From IMG/VR virus record IMGVR_UViG_3300011767_000002, positions 15,941 to 79,940 of that record: 64,000 nt of DNA, one strand, 5' to 3'. Positions within the stretch are counted from its first letter, which is position 1, and the number at the start of each line of letters is the position of its first letter. The notes beneath the pieces are model-generated. The model saw nothing but the letters and a program-made list of their open reading frames with translations, ran no database searches and was not told the origin of the DNA. Source of the DNA: a virus. Taxonomy: Duplodnaviria > Caudoviricetes. Below, piece after piece: positions 27,329 through 38,680 of this stretch. A program made the position numbers and the translations under genes.

Positions 27329-30300
27329 TTACACCCGACCAACTGAGACCGTGCCCCGTGCTGCTGCTTTCGGGGTATTGATCGTGGGGCTTTGTGTGGT
27401 CCGGGTCCCTTGAGCCACCAGCTCAGCGGCTGGACCGTTTGGGACTGAGCCACCTAATCCACCACCCTTGACCAACTCGACGAGCGTGATCAGCTGCTGG
27501 AGCTGTGATTCATTCACCCCCACCAGTCGTTCAAGGTTACCCTCCAGTCCACCGTAGGTGTTCGTGGAGGCCTTGGCCTGGTTTGAACTTTGTGCATCCG
27601 CTGTCCGAGCTGCCAGCATCAGACCAGCTGGGCTGGTTTGTGTCTGTCGGGCATCGGCTTTGTCACTGAGCGCTACAGTGTCATTGGCAGCGGGTGCTTC
27701 TACCACACTATTGGCCGGCGCTGTTCCAGCCACCGCAGGTTTGACCATCGACGGCATGGTGGCGTCTGCTGACACCGCCAACGCAGTTTCAGCCGGAGTT
27801 GCTGACCCAGTGTCCTGTGGAGCATCCTCATTACCCGCGAGCTGCGTAGCCTCACCGGTTTTAAGGGTTTGGGCAACTTGTGGCGCATCGCCTTTACGGT
27901 GCTTCTTGATCTTCTCGTCGAAGTCATTGTACACCGCTGCCACCGAGCGAGGCCGTCCACTGCGGTCCCGGAAGATCGCTGGGTTGGACTTTGCTTGAGC
28001 AGCGCCGACATGGTTAATTGCCGGGTCGGTGGGGGGTGCCGATAGGAAGCGTTTTGCGCCGCCTGGCCCCAAGAAGTGCGCCAAGTAGACATCCGTGTCC
28101 GTCACGTTACGTTTGACGGCCCCTTTGATGGTCTTGATGTTCTCTTTGAGGTATTCAAGTCCAAGGAGCGCATTCGCCCGTGGGTCATGTTGCGTGGTGT
28201 CTGGGTTGATGCCGTACTTGGCCGCATGCCGACCCATGAGGTCCTTCCATGTCCCTTTGATCACCTGGTAGTAACTGGCGGCTGAAGAGAGCACACCTGC
28301 CGAGGGGTTGCGAGGGTTCTTATACGGCAGGGCATTGGGCCGGTAGTTCGATTCGACACCGGCGATACTGGCTGCCAGCGAAGGATCGATGCCGACCATG
28401 TTAGCCGCTGCCATCAGGGTCTCCTTGTTGGCTTCCCAGCCGTCTCCCTTTGGCTCGGGGATGTCGTTGATGTTACCGCCCGAGCCCCCTCCCGGATGAC
28501 TGACCGGAGTCCCGGTCGCCAATTCAGTTGGACCGACTGCACTGCCTGGCGACACGGACTGTCCCTGACTGTTCATGCCGCCTTGTTGCGGAGCCTTTTC
28601 TTTATCTCCACCAAAGAAGCCTTTGACCCCCGACCACATCTTACCGAAGACACCTGACTCAGATTCGCCCGCATTCGCGTTCGCTTGTGGCGCACCGGAA
28701 TTAGGCCCGGACTGCCCAGCGGTGGCTGGACGGTTCGTCTGACTGGGGTCTTCGACCACCAGGTTACCGTCTTTGTCTCGGATCTGACCTTTGTGGATCG
28801 CTTCTGGCTCGATCAGTTCCTTGTCGGTGACTTTCTGATACAGGGTATCCAACGCGGCATCGGTGGAGGCGGCATCGGCGTTGAGCACGTACCATTTCCA
28901 AGGCGACTCTTCAATGTCCCACACGGAGATCCCGGCGTTGTCGCGTGCCAGCACCGTTTCCCGCAAGACCTCTACCAGCTGGAATGTCTTCAACCGTTTA
29001 GCAGCATCTTTGGCATCGATGTTGGCCCGGACTCGAACTGCAGAGCAGTACGCCAGGAAAGTAGGCACGAAACGTCGATGGAACCAAATGTACACCCCTT
29101 TGGCTTCTTCGCTATGGGGTGGAAGGAACAAAGCTTCAGCGATTTCATACGCTTTATCCAAGTCCTTCAAGGAGGCCTGCTTGTCCTTGTCGTAGTTGAC
29201 CATGGACCAAAGGTTGTTCTCCAGCGTGGCCAGCATGTACATCTTAATCTCGGTGATCTCGGTCAAGCCGTAGGTGCGATACCGTACGGACTGGCTGTCA
29301 TCCATGTTTGTGGCCAAGGCCGAGTTATGGACAACGCTGACCACCGTGGCACTTCCGACCGTTGCAGTCGTGGTAACCACCCCTTTCAGATTAGCCGCAT
29401 TGGCCGTGGTGCTGCTAGCAGTTTGCTTATGACCGATGTTCAGGGCTTTAGCCGGCTGGCCCGGTTCAGCGGGGGCGGGGGCCTTACTGTTAACCTTGGT
29501 GGCTGCTGCTGTTCCGGCAACCGCGCCGGCTGTAACAACCGCACCTGCAGTTGACGTCTCTTGAGCCTTCTTCCCCGACGGATCACCTCTGAGGACCTCA
29601 GCCGTCAACGCTTTTCGAGCATCGTCAACATGGTCTTCCACATCCCCGGCGTCCAGGTCCAGGTCTTCATCCTCGAAAGGACCAACCATGGCATTGAGCG
29701 CATCGCTACGGTCTTTCATGGAGACCTTGGTCAGGAAGTCCAGCGCCACCTTCCCTTTGAGTTTCCCGTCTACCTGAGACAGGTCAAGCGACTTGGTCAG
29801 GACGTAGTAGTTTGAAACATGCAGCAGGTACACTGCCGAGAACCGGCCCTTGATATACCGGATTGCCCGTTCTACTTCCGGACTGCCATCTGGGTCTTCC
29901 ACGTTAAGCTTCAGGATCGCCGCCACCGATTCAAACGGTACCGACTGGACATTGACCGACGCTTTACCCTCAGCATCCACCGAGGTGTGTTGAGCGAAGA
30001 GTTTCTCCAGCTCCATCAGCATCTTGACTTCCGTGCTGTCAGGTTTTGGATGAACCCCGTACTGCGCCATCCGGACACGGGTCAGCGGAGCCAATTTATC
30101 CCGCGTTGCACTGTAGATGTACGCCCCAGCCGCCAGTGCCGTGCCAGCGATGGCAACCCCTGCCAATACTGGCGCACTGACCAGTCCGGCTGCACCCATC
30201 AACGCCCCCAACGCCAGACGGCCTGCGGTACCTGCCACCATGCGAGTCAACGGGTTGGTCAATGCGAACTTAGCACCTTTAAAGCCCAGACCCAACCCCT

Positions 30301-33300
30301 TACCCAACAGCTTGGTGGCACCCCAGCCAAGCTTGGCCGCCCCACCTACAGCTTTGCCGCCGAGTTTGAGGCCCTTGCCAAAGGTACCCATCTTGTCCAA
30401 TAGCCGTCCACCGGCGTTGGTCAACCGTCCCAGTTTACCCTTGCGTTTAGCCCGTCGGCGGTTCTTGCGCTTACTGCGCCCTTCACCATCAGACCCATCG
30501 CCGAACAAATCCGACAACGAATCCAGTACGCCGCCGCCTTCATCGCCCTCGTCCTCATCGCCGCCCTTAAGTCGATTCATTAATCCGGCCAACACCCCAC
30601 CTTTAGCAAACAGGCCTTGGACACTGTCGAACTTGCCCTTGAGCTTGTCCTTACCTTCCTGAACCAATTCTTTCCGGCGAGCAAACATGTCGGTAAATGA
30701 GTTCTTACGGACTTTCTCGGGGGTGACCTGCTTAAGGGTCTCGTACTGCAGCTGCACCGACCGCAGCATCAAGGTGACCATGTCCTCTTGTGGTTCGCCG
30801 GTGAGATCGGCCGTGACATCGGCACCGGTCTTGGGGTTTATGAAGCGCCGCATCAGCTTTGTCATGCGGGGCCTAAACTTGCCGCGGAACTGAGCCATTT
30901 TACCTTGTGCCGAGTTGGCAATTTCAGCCACCCCTTGACCCATTTTATCAGCTGCTTCGCCGAAGGAGTCACTGCCGCGGACGTTGTTGACTTTATCGCC
31001 CAGAACCGCAATGTGTTGCTTGGCGGTCTGAATACCGGTTTGCGTCAGTGCCCCAGCTTTAGAGCCCTTAAACTTATCGGCCAGTTCCGAAGCGTGTTTG
31101 ATCACCCGGCCCTTGTTGTCAGCAATCACCGACCGCCCGACCAGGTCTTTGTATTCCAGGATTGTCCGGTTCTTCAAGTCCACCACGTCGCCCTGGATGT
31201 CTTCCCAGCGCTTAAGGGTTTCACCTGTGACCTTATCCCGGTATTGGCCGGCTTTGAGTTTCCATTCTTGAAGCCTAGGGTGGTCCTCGCCCTGCACCCA
31301 GATGTCCTTGGCTTGTTGTTTCAAGTCACCCAAGGACTGCGACATTTCCGTGTACTTCTCATCCGTCCACTGGGGGACCAGTTCACGGTACAGGTCGTAC
31401 TTATCCCTGACTTTGTTCTTCGCGGCTTGGAACTTCTCGCCCACGTAATCAATCCGAGGGGTCGGCGCAGATGAGTCACAGCACGTGGTTGGCAAGCCCT
31501 TCAACAGCCCTACGGTTTCGGCGTGGAAGTCGCGAGACTCACGGATCAAGGCGATTAAGGTGCTCTTGTCACCTAAGTATCGTTCGAGTCCTCCGAGCCG
31601 TGCTTGGGCATGCCCCGACAGGCGTGCAGAATCAGCTCGATCAGCGCGGCGGGTAAGATCGCCACGAACTTTATCAACGCCAGAAACACGATCAGTACGC
31701 TGACGATCGCTATGATCAGCATTCGGGCCGCCTTGCGGACCTCCAGCTTCGCTTGGTTGGCCATCTTCATCGAGTACAGAACTCCAGATCTTGTCGAAAT
31801 TAATGCGGTCTTCTCGACCCTGGCGCTCAATGTACCCAAGCTTACGCAAACTGTCCTTGCCGAGCACATCACCCAAGATCCGGATGCGGTCACCGCTGGC
31901 AGGAATCATGTTCGACATGCGCAAGAACTGATCGCGGATGTCGTTGAACCGCCGCTCACCGGCTTCAGAGGTGTCGGTTTGCTTGCCTTCGTAATCCAGT
32001 CCGAAGCTGTCGATGATCAAGGAGGTGATTTCATCCACCACCCCTACATCTTCATTGGGGTACTGCGCCGGGTCAGCCAACCGATCCGGTTTAAGGTCAC
32101 GTCCATTGGCCAGCTCATCAAGCAGTTTACGCTTGAGGGCGCGCTGGGCTTTGGAGGACATGACGTCCCCACCAATCGTCTTGAGGAAGTCATCGGCCGC
32201 GGTGCGCAACGAGTCGCGCTCAGACCGGGACATGATCTGCCGGCCGACATCGGCGAGCTGGTCTTTCTCCGCGGTAAACCCACCCCGAACGACGTTATAG
32301 ACCTGCTTAGCGCTGTCTTTCTCACCGGTGACCGCGACGCGGGACCAGTGGGCGATTTCCGACAGGTACCCAGGGATGATCTCGATCAGAGACCGTCGGG
32401 CGATCTTGTCGAATTTGTCGACTTCGTCCAGGGATTCAACAGAATCACCGCCGGTGCGCGAATCCAGACTGAATTGCGGCAGGAAGCTTTTGAACATCTG
32501 CGTCATCACAGACTTAAAGCCGGAGCCTTGGGTCTCAGATTGCGCGTATTCGTTGACTTGCTGTGGCAGTCCGGTGAAGGTCTTTCTCAGTTTCTCTCCA
32601 GTCTTGGCCAGGATCTTGTTGTTCGCCAAATACGGCGACAAGTACATCGACGCATGGTCACGAACCGTAGACCCAATCATAGAGCCAAGAACCTGACCCC
32701 CCAGTTGGTGCCGGCTCATGCCTATGTCTTCGGTCATGGCCATGCCTTCTTTCAAGGGGTCGAGCACCCCTTGCACCATACCCGAGACGTTTTCCATCGT
32801 CTGCTTGATATAGTTTTGCGACCAGTTAGAAATCGAGTTGAGGCCGTTGCCCATCAGGCGCTGTTTCGCCAACTGGCCAAACATCTCACTGCCACGGATC
32901 TTGACCGCTTCCGGCAGGGCTGTGTTGTGACGAATGGTCTCCAGCAATTGGGTCTGCTTGGAGGTCGCCTCGACCATCAGGTCTGTCAGTTGTTTGGTCG
33001 TGGTGTATTGGCGGTAGTTAAGCTCCAGCATCTTGTGCTGATAGCGTGCCGTCACTTTATCCTGATACCCTACCAAGCGACCCAGGCTGCGGTTGATTGC
33101 AGACAGGGCTTCGATGTTGGACTTGAACCGCGCCTGCTCCATCCCCTTGCGTTCGAGGTTTTCCACCTCATCGCGTGTGGCGCGCTCTTCGTCTACACTG
33201 GCTTTGGCTTTAAAGATTTCAGCCAAGCCCGCCAGGTCGGCAGCTTCTTGTTCCTGCTTGTATTGCGCCGAGGACGCAACCGGGGCATCGTCATGGTCTT

Positions 33301-33694
33301 CTAACGCATTATTGAGGCGGTCCGAGACCTTCTTGGGCAGGACCCGGTTACCTACCAAGTTCATGGCCTTGCGGCCAAAACTCTTACTGCCACGGACTAA
33401 CTCAGGCGACTCTCCGGTCACCTTATCGTATAGTGAGCGGGCATCGGTTGCGACGTTTTCAATAGTGTCAGCAGCCAGGCCATAGCCGTCTGGCAACGCC
33501 ATCGATAGTGCGCGGCGCAAGGATTGAGGACTGGTCAGCTCTTGTTTGAGTCCGGTCAGAGTCCCATTTACCACTTCGTCGACGGGACTTCTCGAACTGC
33601 TGTCAACTTCGGTGTCGGCATTCCATTCTGGAATGTCAAAATCGAAGTCATCCAGATCAAGGTTGTCCAAGTCGATGTCGTCTTTATTTGCCAT
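27329..33694 (-). CDS. Tail tape-measure / virion-associated lytic transglycosylase (phiKZ gp181-like)
   Basis: 2121 aa, mostly helical, with a Gly/Ala-rich hydrophobic segment and a C-terminal SLT domain: AGVES (catalytic Glu), YQVIKGTW, DPRANALLG, YLAHFLG. Confidence 0.9.
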   Translation of the reverse strand: MANKDDIDLDNLDLDDFDFDIPEWNADTEVDSSSRSPVDEVVNGTLTGLKQELTSPQSLRRALSMALPDGYGLAADTIENVATDARSLYDKVTGESPELVRGSKSFGRKAMNLVGNRVLPKKVSDRLNNALEDHDDAPVASSAQYKQEQEAADLAGLAEIFKAKASVDEERATRDEVENLERKGMEQARFKSNIEALSAINRSLGRLVGYQDKVTARYQHKMLELNYRQYTTTKQLTDLMVEATSKQTQLLETIRHNTALPEAVKIRGSEMFGQLAKQRLMGNGLNSISNWSQNYIKQTMENVSGMVQGVLDPLKEGMAMTEDIGMSRHQLGGQVLGSMIGSTVRDHASMYLSPYLANNKILAKTGEKLRKTFTGLPQQVNEYAQSETQGSGFKSVMTQMFKSFLPQFSLDSRTGGDSVESLDEVDKFDKIARRSLIEIIPGYLSEIAHWSRVAVTGEKDSAKQVYNVVRGGFTAEKDQLADVGRQIMSRSERDSLRTAADDFLKTIGGDVMSSKAQRALKRKLLDELANGRDLKPDRLADPAQYPNEDVGVVDEITSLIIDSFGLDYEGKQTDTSEAGERRFNDIRDQFLRMSNMIPASGDRIRILGDVLGKDSLRKLGYIERQGREDRINFDKIWSSVLDEDGQPSEAGGPQGGPNADHSDRQRTDRVSGVDKVRGDLTRRADRADSARLSGHAQARLGGLERYLGDKSTLIALIRESRDFHAETVGLLKGLPTTCCDSSAPTPRIDYVGEKFQAAKNKVRDKYDLYRELVPQWTDEKYTEMSQSLGDLKQQAKDIWVQGEDHPRLQEWKLKAGQYRDKVTGETLKRWEDIQGDVVDLKNRTILEYKDLVGRSVIADNKGRVIKHASELADKFKGSKAGALTQTGIQTAKQHIAVLGDKVNNVRGSDSFGEAADKMGQGVAEIANSAQGKMAQFRGKFRPRMTKLMRRFINPKTGADVTADLTGEPQEDMVTLMLRSVQLQYETLKQVTPEKVRKNSFTDMFARRKELVQEGKDKLKGKFDSVQGLFAKGGVLAGLMNRLKGGDEDEGDEGGGVLDSLSDLFGDGSDGEGRSKRKNRRRAKRKGKLGRLTNAGGRLLDKMGTFGKGLKLGGKAVGGAAKLGWGATKLLGKGLGLGFKGAKFALTNPLTRMVAGTAGRLALGALMGAAGLVSAPVLAGVAIAGTALAAGAYIYSATRDKLAPLTRVRMAQYGVHPKPDSTEVKMLMELEKLFAQHTSVDAEGKASVNVQSVPFESVAAILKLNVEDPDGSPEVERAIRYIKGRFSAVYLLHVSNYYVLTKSLDLSQVDGKLKGKVALDFLTKVSMKDRSDALNAMVGPFEDEDLDLDAGDVEDHVDDARKALTAEVLRGDPSGKKAQETSTAGAVVTAGAVAGTAAATKVNSKAPAPAEPGQPAKALNIGHKQTASSTTANAANLKGVVTTTATVGSATVVSVVHNSALATNMDDSQSVRYRTYGLTEITEIKMYMLATLENNLWSMVNYDKDKQASLKDLDKAYEIAEALFLPPHSEEAKGVYIWFHRRFVPTFLAYCSAVRVRANIDAKDAAKRLKTFQLVEVLRETVLARDNAGISVWDIEESPWKWYVLNADAASTDAALDTLYQKVTDKELIEPEAIHKGQIRDKDGNLVVEDPSQTNRPATAGQSGPNSGAPQANANAGESESGVFGKMWSGVKGFFGGDKEKAPQQGGMNSQGQSVSPGSAVGPTELATGTPVSHPGGGSGGNINDIPEPKGDGWEANKETLMAAANMVGIDPSLAASIAGVESNYRPNALPYKNPRNPSAGVLSSAASYYQVIKGTWKDLMGRHAAKYGINPDTTQHDPRANALLGLEYLKENIKTIKGAVKRNVTDTDVYLAHFLGPGGAKRFLSAPPTDPAINHVGAAQAKSNPAIFRDRSGRPRSVAAVYNDFDEKIKKHRKGDAPQVAQTLKTGEATQLAGNEDAPQDTGSATPAETALAVSADATMPSMVKPAVAGTAPANSVVEAPAANDTVALSDKADARQTQTSPAGLMLAARTADAQSSNQAKASTNTYGGLEGNLERLVGVNESQLQQLITLVELVKGGGLGGSVPNGPAAELVAQGTRTTQSPTINTPKAAARGTVSVGRV

Positions 33695-33778
33695 CGAAAA
33701 TTCTCCACATTGGCTTATAATACTAAGCCTCCTTCATACCAACTGTCGAAAAGACTCAAAAACTTACAGGTACGTACG

Positions 33779-35428
33779 ATGAATTACGCTGAAGTACCCG
33801 CGAAAGTCTGGCCCATGGTCTTGACTAAGGAACGGGTCAGTCGGATGACGCCGGTGACCAGTCTGGATATCTACGACGGCGCCAGCAGTGAGTTTCATGA
33901 CGAGGGGCTTTACTCGACAAAGATCTTCGGGCGCATGGGGTCTGAGGAACGTGACCGTAACTTTTCTTACCTCGATCTGAAAGTCCGGATCTTCCACCCG
34001 AAGATCTTCCGGGATCTGATGAGCCTCAAGGCCATCTACCGCGGCATTGTCACCGGGCGGGAGACCGCCATCTTTGACCCGGTGACCAAGGACTTCGTGG
34101 CGGACAAGTCAGAACATGCCGAGACCGGCTACAGCTTCTTTGTCCGACACTTCCATGAACTGGAACTCAGGAAAAGCAAATCCCCGACCCGCATGATCCG
34201 GGTGGAGTTTATCAACCAGTGGCGTAACGAGGCCTTGACCCGATACATCCCCATTCTGCCCGCCGGACTGCGCGACATCGAGATCAGTGACACCGGTGCG
34301 GTGAGTAAGAACGAGATCCATGACCTGTATTACCGGGCCTTGTCCATCAGCAACACCATTCCCGTGACCAGTAACATGGAATCACCGGCATTGGACATTG
34401 CCCGCAACGCACTGACCAATTGCATGATGGAGATTTACGAACTGATCGAGGGGATGTTGTCTGGGAAGAACGGGTTTATTCTGGACAAGTGGGCCAGTCG
34501 ACGGGTGGTCTATGGAACCCGTAACGTCTTGACCGTGATGGACACCTCCATCGCCAACCTGAGCGACACCAACGCCCCAGGCTTTGATGCCACCAGCTTA
34601 GGGTTGTTTCAGGTGATCAAAGGCCTGACCCCGGTGACGGTACACCACTTACGTCGGACGTTCGGGCACCTGATTCAATCGGGTGAAGGCCAAGCTCAAC
34701 TGATCGATAAGAAGACGCTCAAACCGGTGTGGGTCTCATTATCCCCGGAGACGCGGGACACCTGGACCACCCGTGATGGGTTGGTTAAAGTCATTGACCG
34801 TTACCAGATGGTGGAGATGCGGCACCGTGCCGTGGAAATCGAAGACCATTACCTGGCCCTGATCTATAAAGGAGCGGATAAGACGTTTCGTATCTTCTAC
34901 GACATCGATGAACTGCCTGCTAACCTGGACCGGGCACACGTACACCCGATCAACCTAGTGGAAGTCTTGTACCTGTGCGGCTACGCGCATTGGAACAAGT
35001 ACTTCGCACAGATCTGCCGCTACCCGATCTCAGGCAACCGCTCGATCTATGCCAGCCGTGTCTATGTCAAGACCACCGTGGTCGGTGAACGCCGAGTGGA
35101 GCTGGATGACCAGTGGCAGCCGTTAGAAGGCGATGAGTTCGTAGCGCTTGAGTTTCCGATGACCGGGTCTACGTCTTATATGGACACGCAATCTCCGCAC
35201 TCAACCAAGCTTGTAGGATTGGCGGCGGACTTTGACGGCGACACCGGCAGTGCTACATTGGTCATGTCCAATGAAGCCCTGGCTGAGAATGACCGGATTT
35301 TACGGTCTCGGCAATATTGGGTCGACACCGACGGCAGCCTGATGAGCTCCTACGACTACGACACCATCAAGTACGTCACCACCAACCTGACAGGACGATT
35401 CAACCATGGCCGTAATGTTTCTCTATGA
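33779..35428 (+). CDS. rpoC: Virion RNA polymerase beta' subunit, N-terminal/catalytic fragment (phiKZ gp180-like)
   Basis: GLYSTKIFG, ILPAGLRD and catalytic AADFDGD motifs; 549 aa from ATG 33779. Confidence 0.93.
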   Translation: MNYAEVPAKVWPMVLTKERVSRMTPVTSLDIYDGASSEFHDEGLYSTKIFGRMGSEERDRNFSYLDLKVRIFHPKIFRDLMSLKAIYRGIVTGRETAIFDPVTKDFVADKSEHAETGYSFFVRHFHELELRKSKSPTRMIRVEFINQWRNEALTRYIPILPAGLRDIEISDTGAVSKNEIHDLYYRALSISNTIPVTSNMESPALDIARNALTNCMMEIYELIEGMLSGKNGFILDKWASRRVVYGTRNVLTVMDTSIANLSDTNAPGFDATSLGLFQVIKGLTPVTVHHLRRTFGHLIQSGEGQAQLIDKKTLKPVWVSLSPETRDTWTTRDGLVKVIDRYQMVEMRHRAVEIEDHYLALIYKGADKTFRIFYDIDELPANLDRAHVHPINLVEVLYLCGYAHWNKYFAQICRYPISGNRSIYASRVYVKTTVVGERRVELDDQWQPLEGDEFVALEFPMTGSTSYMDTQSPHSTKLVGLAADFDGDTGSATLVMSNEALAENDRILRSRQYWVDTDGSLMSSYDYDTIKYVTTNLTGRFNHGRNVSL

Positions 35429-38400
35429 CCGCTATGTCAAGCTGTTTGGCATCCGTCGCTTGGGCGGGCTGGAAAACCCCAAGGTCCGACCGATTGCCCG
35501 CCTAGCGTTTCCACGCGGCACCACGTTCCACCACATGCCCATGTCTGAAACCGAACTGGGGCCGGCCAACGACCACATGGCGATCCAAGCGGCTCAACGC
35601 TTGGTCTACATCGACCACGTACCAGACCTGCTAGCAAAGGAAGGCAATCCCCGCCCTACCTATAAACTCCTCGCGCCAATGCAAACGCAGTACCGCCGGG
35701 AACACATGATGCTGCGCCCGATGCGCGACTACGAAGGGGCGACCAAAGAACTGCTTAACACCGTGGTGGTCAACTACGCCATGGTCGGGCAAATGTACAA
35801 ATACATGCGGTCTGCACTGAGTCGGTGGTGGGCGTGGAAGAACATGCGCTCTACCATGTGGGAACGGATCAACCAACTCAAGACCCCGCACGAACGCCAT
35901 CACATTGTCGTGTTTGATGTCCCAAGCTCCCTGCCCTCGTTGTCGGATCTGCGCAAGGCAGAACGGGGCATCAGCCCCGTCTTGATGAACAAGGTCTTCA
36001 ACACACGTGAGCGGTTGGACCTGCTGGATATCTGGACCTGGCTCGGCGAGCACCGGGCGCTGGCGCCCATGGCGCGGCTGGATATAACCCGGCTGCACGA
36101 AGTGGACCTATTGATTCGCAAGGACACTGGTTGGCTCACGTTGAACCTAGGCACCCTCAACAGCTGGCGTCGCGAAGATGCTGTGGTCTCCTTGGAAAGC
36201 CTCCAGGAAGAACACCCTGAAGAGTCGTTCGATTTCGAGGCCACCTACGACCGCTATGTGTCACTGGAAATGGCGGGGGATGACACGCTCGATGCTGACC
36301 TGATTCATCCGTCCATGGAAGCCGCAACGGGACTCGATCCTAAGATCATTCAGATCCGTTTCCTGAAGATGCTGACCAAGGTCATTAACCAGACCAACCC
36401 ACTGGTCACAGTGCCTGACGAACCAGAGGAAGTGGCGGCCGATGACGAACTGCGCGAGCAGGAAGAAGCCCGCGATGATGCCGACACCGCACAGCAATTA
36501 AGAGAAGAGGCCGGCACCGCGGCTGAATTCATCGAAGCCGAGGAAGAAGAACTGGCAGCGGAACTGGACGCCCCAAGTACCGGCGGGAACGATGCGATCA
36601 TGACGGATGAGGACGGTGAGTTGATCATCGAGGCCGATCCCGATACCCGCGAAGAGGCACCCCTGGCCATCAGTTCTTCTGCCGTCTCCCATACCCTGAC
36701 CAGCGCAATTCAGTCAAAGCTCGACGAGCTGGTGGACAAGGACCTGTACACTGCGGCGCAATACCGGCGGATGCAGCGCTTGGCTGAGTCCTACAAGTCC
36801 ATGCCCGACCCATGGGACAAGGGTCAGACGGTGGAAGAAGCCATGGTCATCACAGATGAGGACTTGGTGCTCGGAGATGCCGAGAACTACCCGAAGTCTG
36901 ATGCAGTGCGCGATGAAACGATGTTGCAGTCCACGGTTGAAAAGATGGACAGCCAGTACATCGAAAAGGTCATGAAGAAAGACATCCTCAATGCGGTGAT
37001 GTCGGTTCAGAAGGCTGGGATCGCGGTCACGGGTTACACGGTTGAGACGGTTGAAGATGCCGTGAGCCACTACGAGATCCACAAGGTCCAACTGACTCCG
37101 GTAACCGGCAAGCCTTCCACGATCAGCTTCCGGGTCCCGGTGGTGGATAAACGAGGCGTCTATGTCAGCAACGGGCAACGCTATCGCTTACGAACTCAAA
37201 AGGCCGATATTCCGATTCGGAAGGTCAATGAGTCGCGGGTGGCGCTGACGTCTTATTACAGTAAACTGTTTGTCGAGCGTTCGCAGCGGGCAGTGTTCAA
37301 CTACGATAACTGGATTGGCAAACAGATCATTGCCAAGGGCCTGGACCAAGCTGACACCAGCATCACCAATGTAAAGGTGGCCAACGTCGCTGACTATGCA
37401 CTCGACCTCCCCACGATCTACACCGTGATCGGGACACGGGTGATGAGCTTTGAAGCGAACGGTCATTATTGGTTCGACTATAAGAACCGCTTGCGTTCAA
37501 GGCTGTTCGAACAAACGGCGCTGACACACTTGGAGACCGCGCACAAAGGCATGGTGGTCTGCGGACGCCGCGACCAGCGCTACATCATGGTCGACCGCAG
37601 CAACATGTTTTATTTGGCCAGTCTGGACAATGACCACGTCAGTGAACTGGGACACATCGAAGACATCCTCGGGTTGCCGCGGGACAAAGCACCGGTGAAC
37701 ATGGCGGAGATCAGCATCTTCGGTAAAACCATGCCGGTGGGCATTGCCTTGGCGTACCTGATTGGGTTTGACCGGCTGCTGGAGATGAGCAAAGCCCAGT
37801 ACCGGGCGGTGCCATTGGGCACGCGGTTGCAGATGGCCGATGACGAGTATGCGATCAAGTTCCTCGATGAGACACTGGTCCTGGATAAGAGTGACGCGCA
37901 AAACAGTCTGGTGTTTGCAGGGTTCTTGCACTACCACAAGCAAGTGCGGAGCTTCAGTCGACACAGCTTCAATAACAAGGACGTGTACTTCAACCTGCTA
38001 GAAGCCAACAACATCGGCTTGCGCTACCTGCGTGAGCTGGACCTGATGAGCGCCATGTGGGTCGATCCGATCACCAAGGGCGTGTTGGAGTGGATGAAGG
38101 AGCCGACCGAGTTTATCCCATTGCTGCTCAGGGCATGTGAACTGCTGATCACCCGGTATGTGCCGGATAAGGTCGAGAACGCAGAAGGGCTGGTAGAGTG
38201 CATGGAGCGTGCCAAGGGCTATGAACGGATTCCAGGGGCGGTGTATGGCGAACTGGTCCGGTCCATTCGGGTGTACAATTCGCGCAATGCCAGTAACGGC
38301 TCACAGGTGACGATGAAACCACACGAGATCTGGACCAACATCGTCCAGGACCCGGCGTCGGCCATCGTGGATGACATCAACCCCATTCAAAACCTCAAGC

Positions 38401-38680
38401 AGAAAGAGATCATCACTTACGGCGGCCGAGGCGGGCGCAGTAGTCGGTCGATGACAGCCGAGGCGCGACTGTATAAGGAAAGTGACATCGGGTTCATTTC
38501 CGAGAGCACGGTGGACTCTGGTGACGTGGCGGTGATTACCTACATGACACCGAATGCCAATATCACCAGTGTACGCGGTACCGTGCGCGCGTTCAACAAG
38601 GACACTGACGGTTCGGCCAACTTGGTCTCGACCTCAGCGCTGGTCTCGCCTTTCGCTGATCGAGATGACCCCAAACGGGT
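35406..38680 (+). CDS. rpoB: Virion RNA polymerase beta subunit N-terminal fragment (phiKZ gp178-like), exon 1
   Basis: KADIPIRKV...ALTSYY, TYGGRGGRS and ISESTVDSGDVA motifs, ending ...SPFADRDDPKRV (homologous to E. coli beta PFLEHDDANRAL). The frame continues in exon 2 after splicing. Confidence 0.9.

Noticed and set aside
28200-28420. Possibly inactive lytic transglycosylase (SYYQ instead of GLxQ)
   Set aside because: The catalytic ES motif and the downstream motifs are intact, and the substitutions are conservative relative to phiKZ-type SATGWFQF.
31604-33304. 566-aa + strand ORF (also 12927-13808, 19688-20635, 40649-41725, 53037-55972, 60230-61309)
   Set aside because: These are antisense shadows of well-supported genes. 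They lack RBSs and protein-like composition and are expected from codon bias in GC-rich coding DNA.
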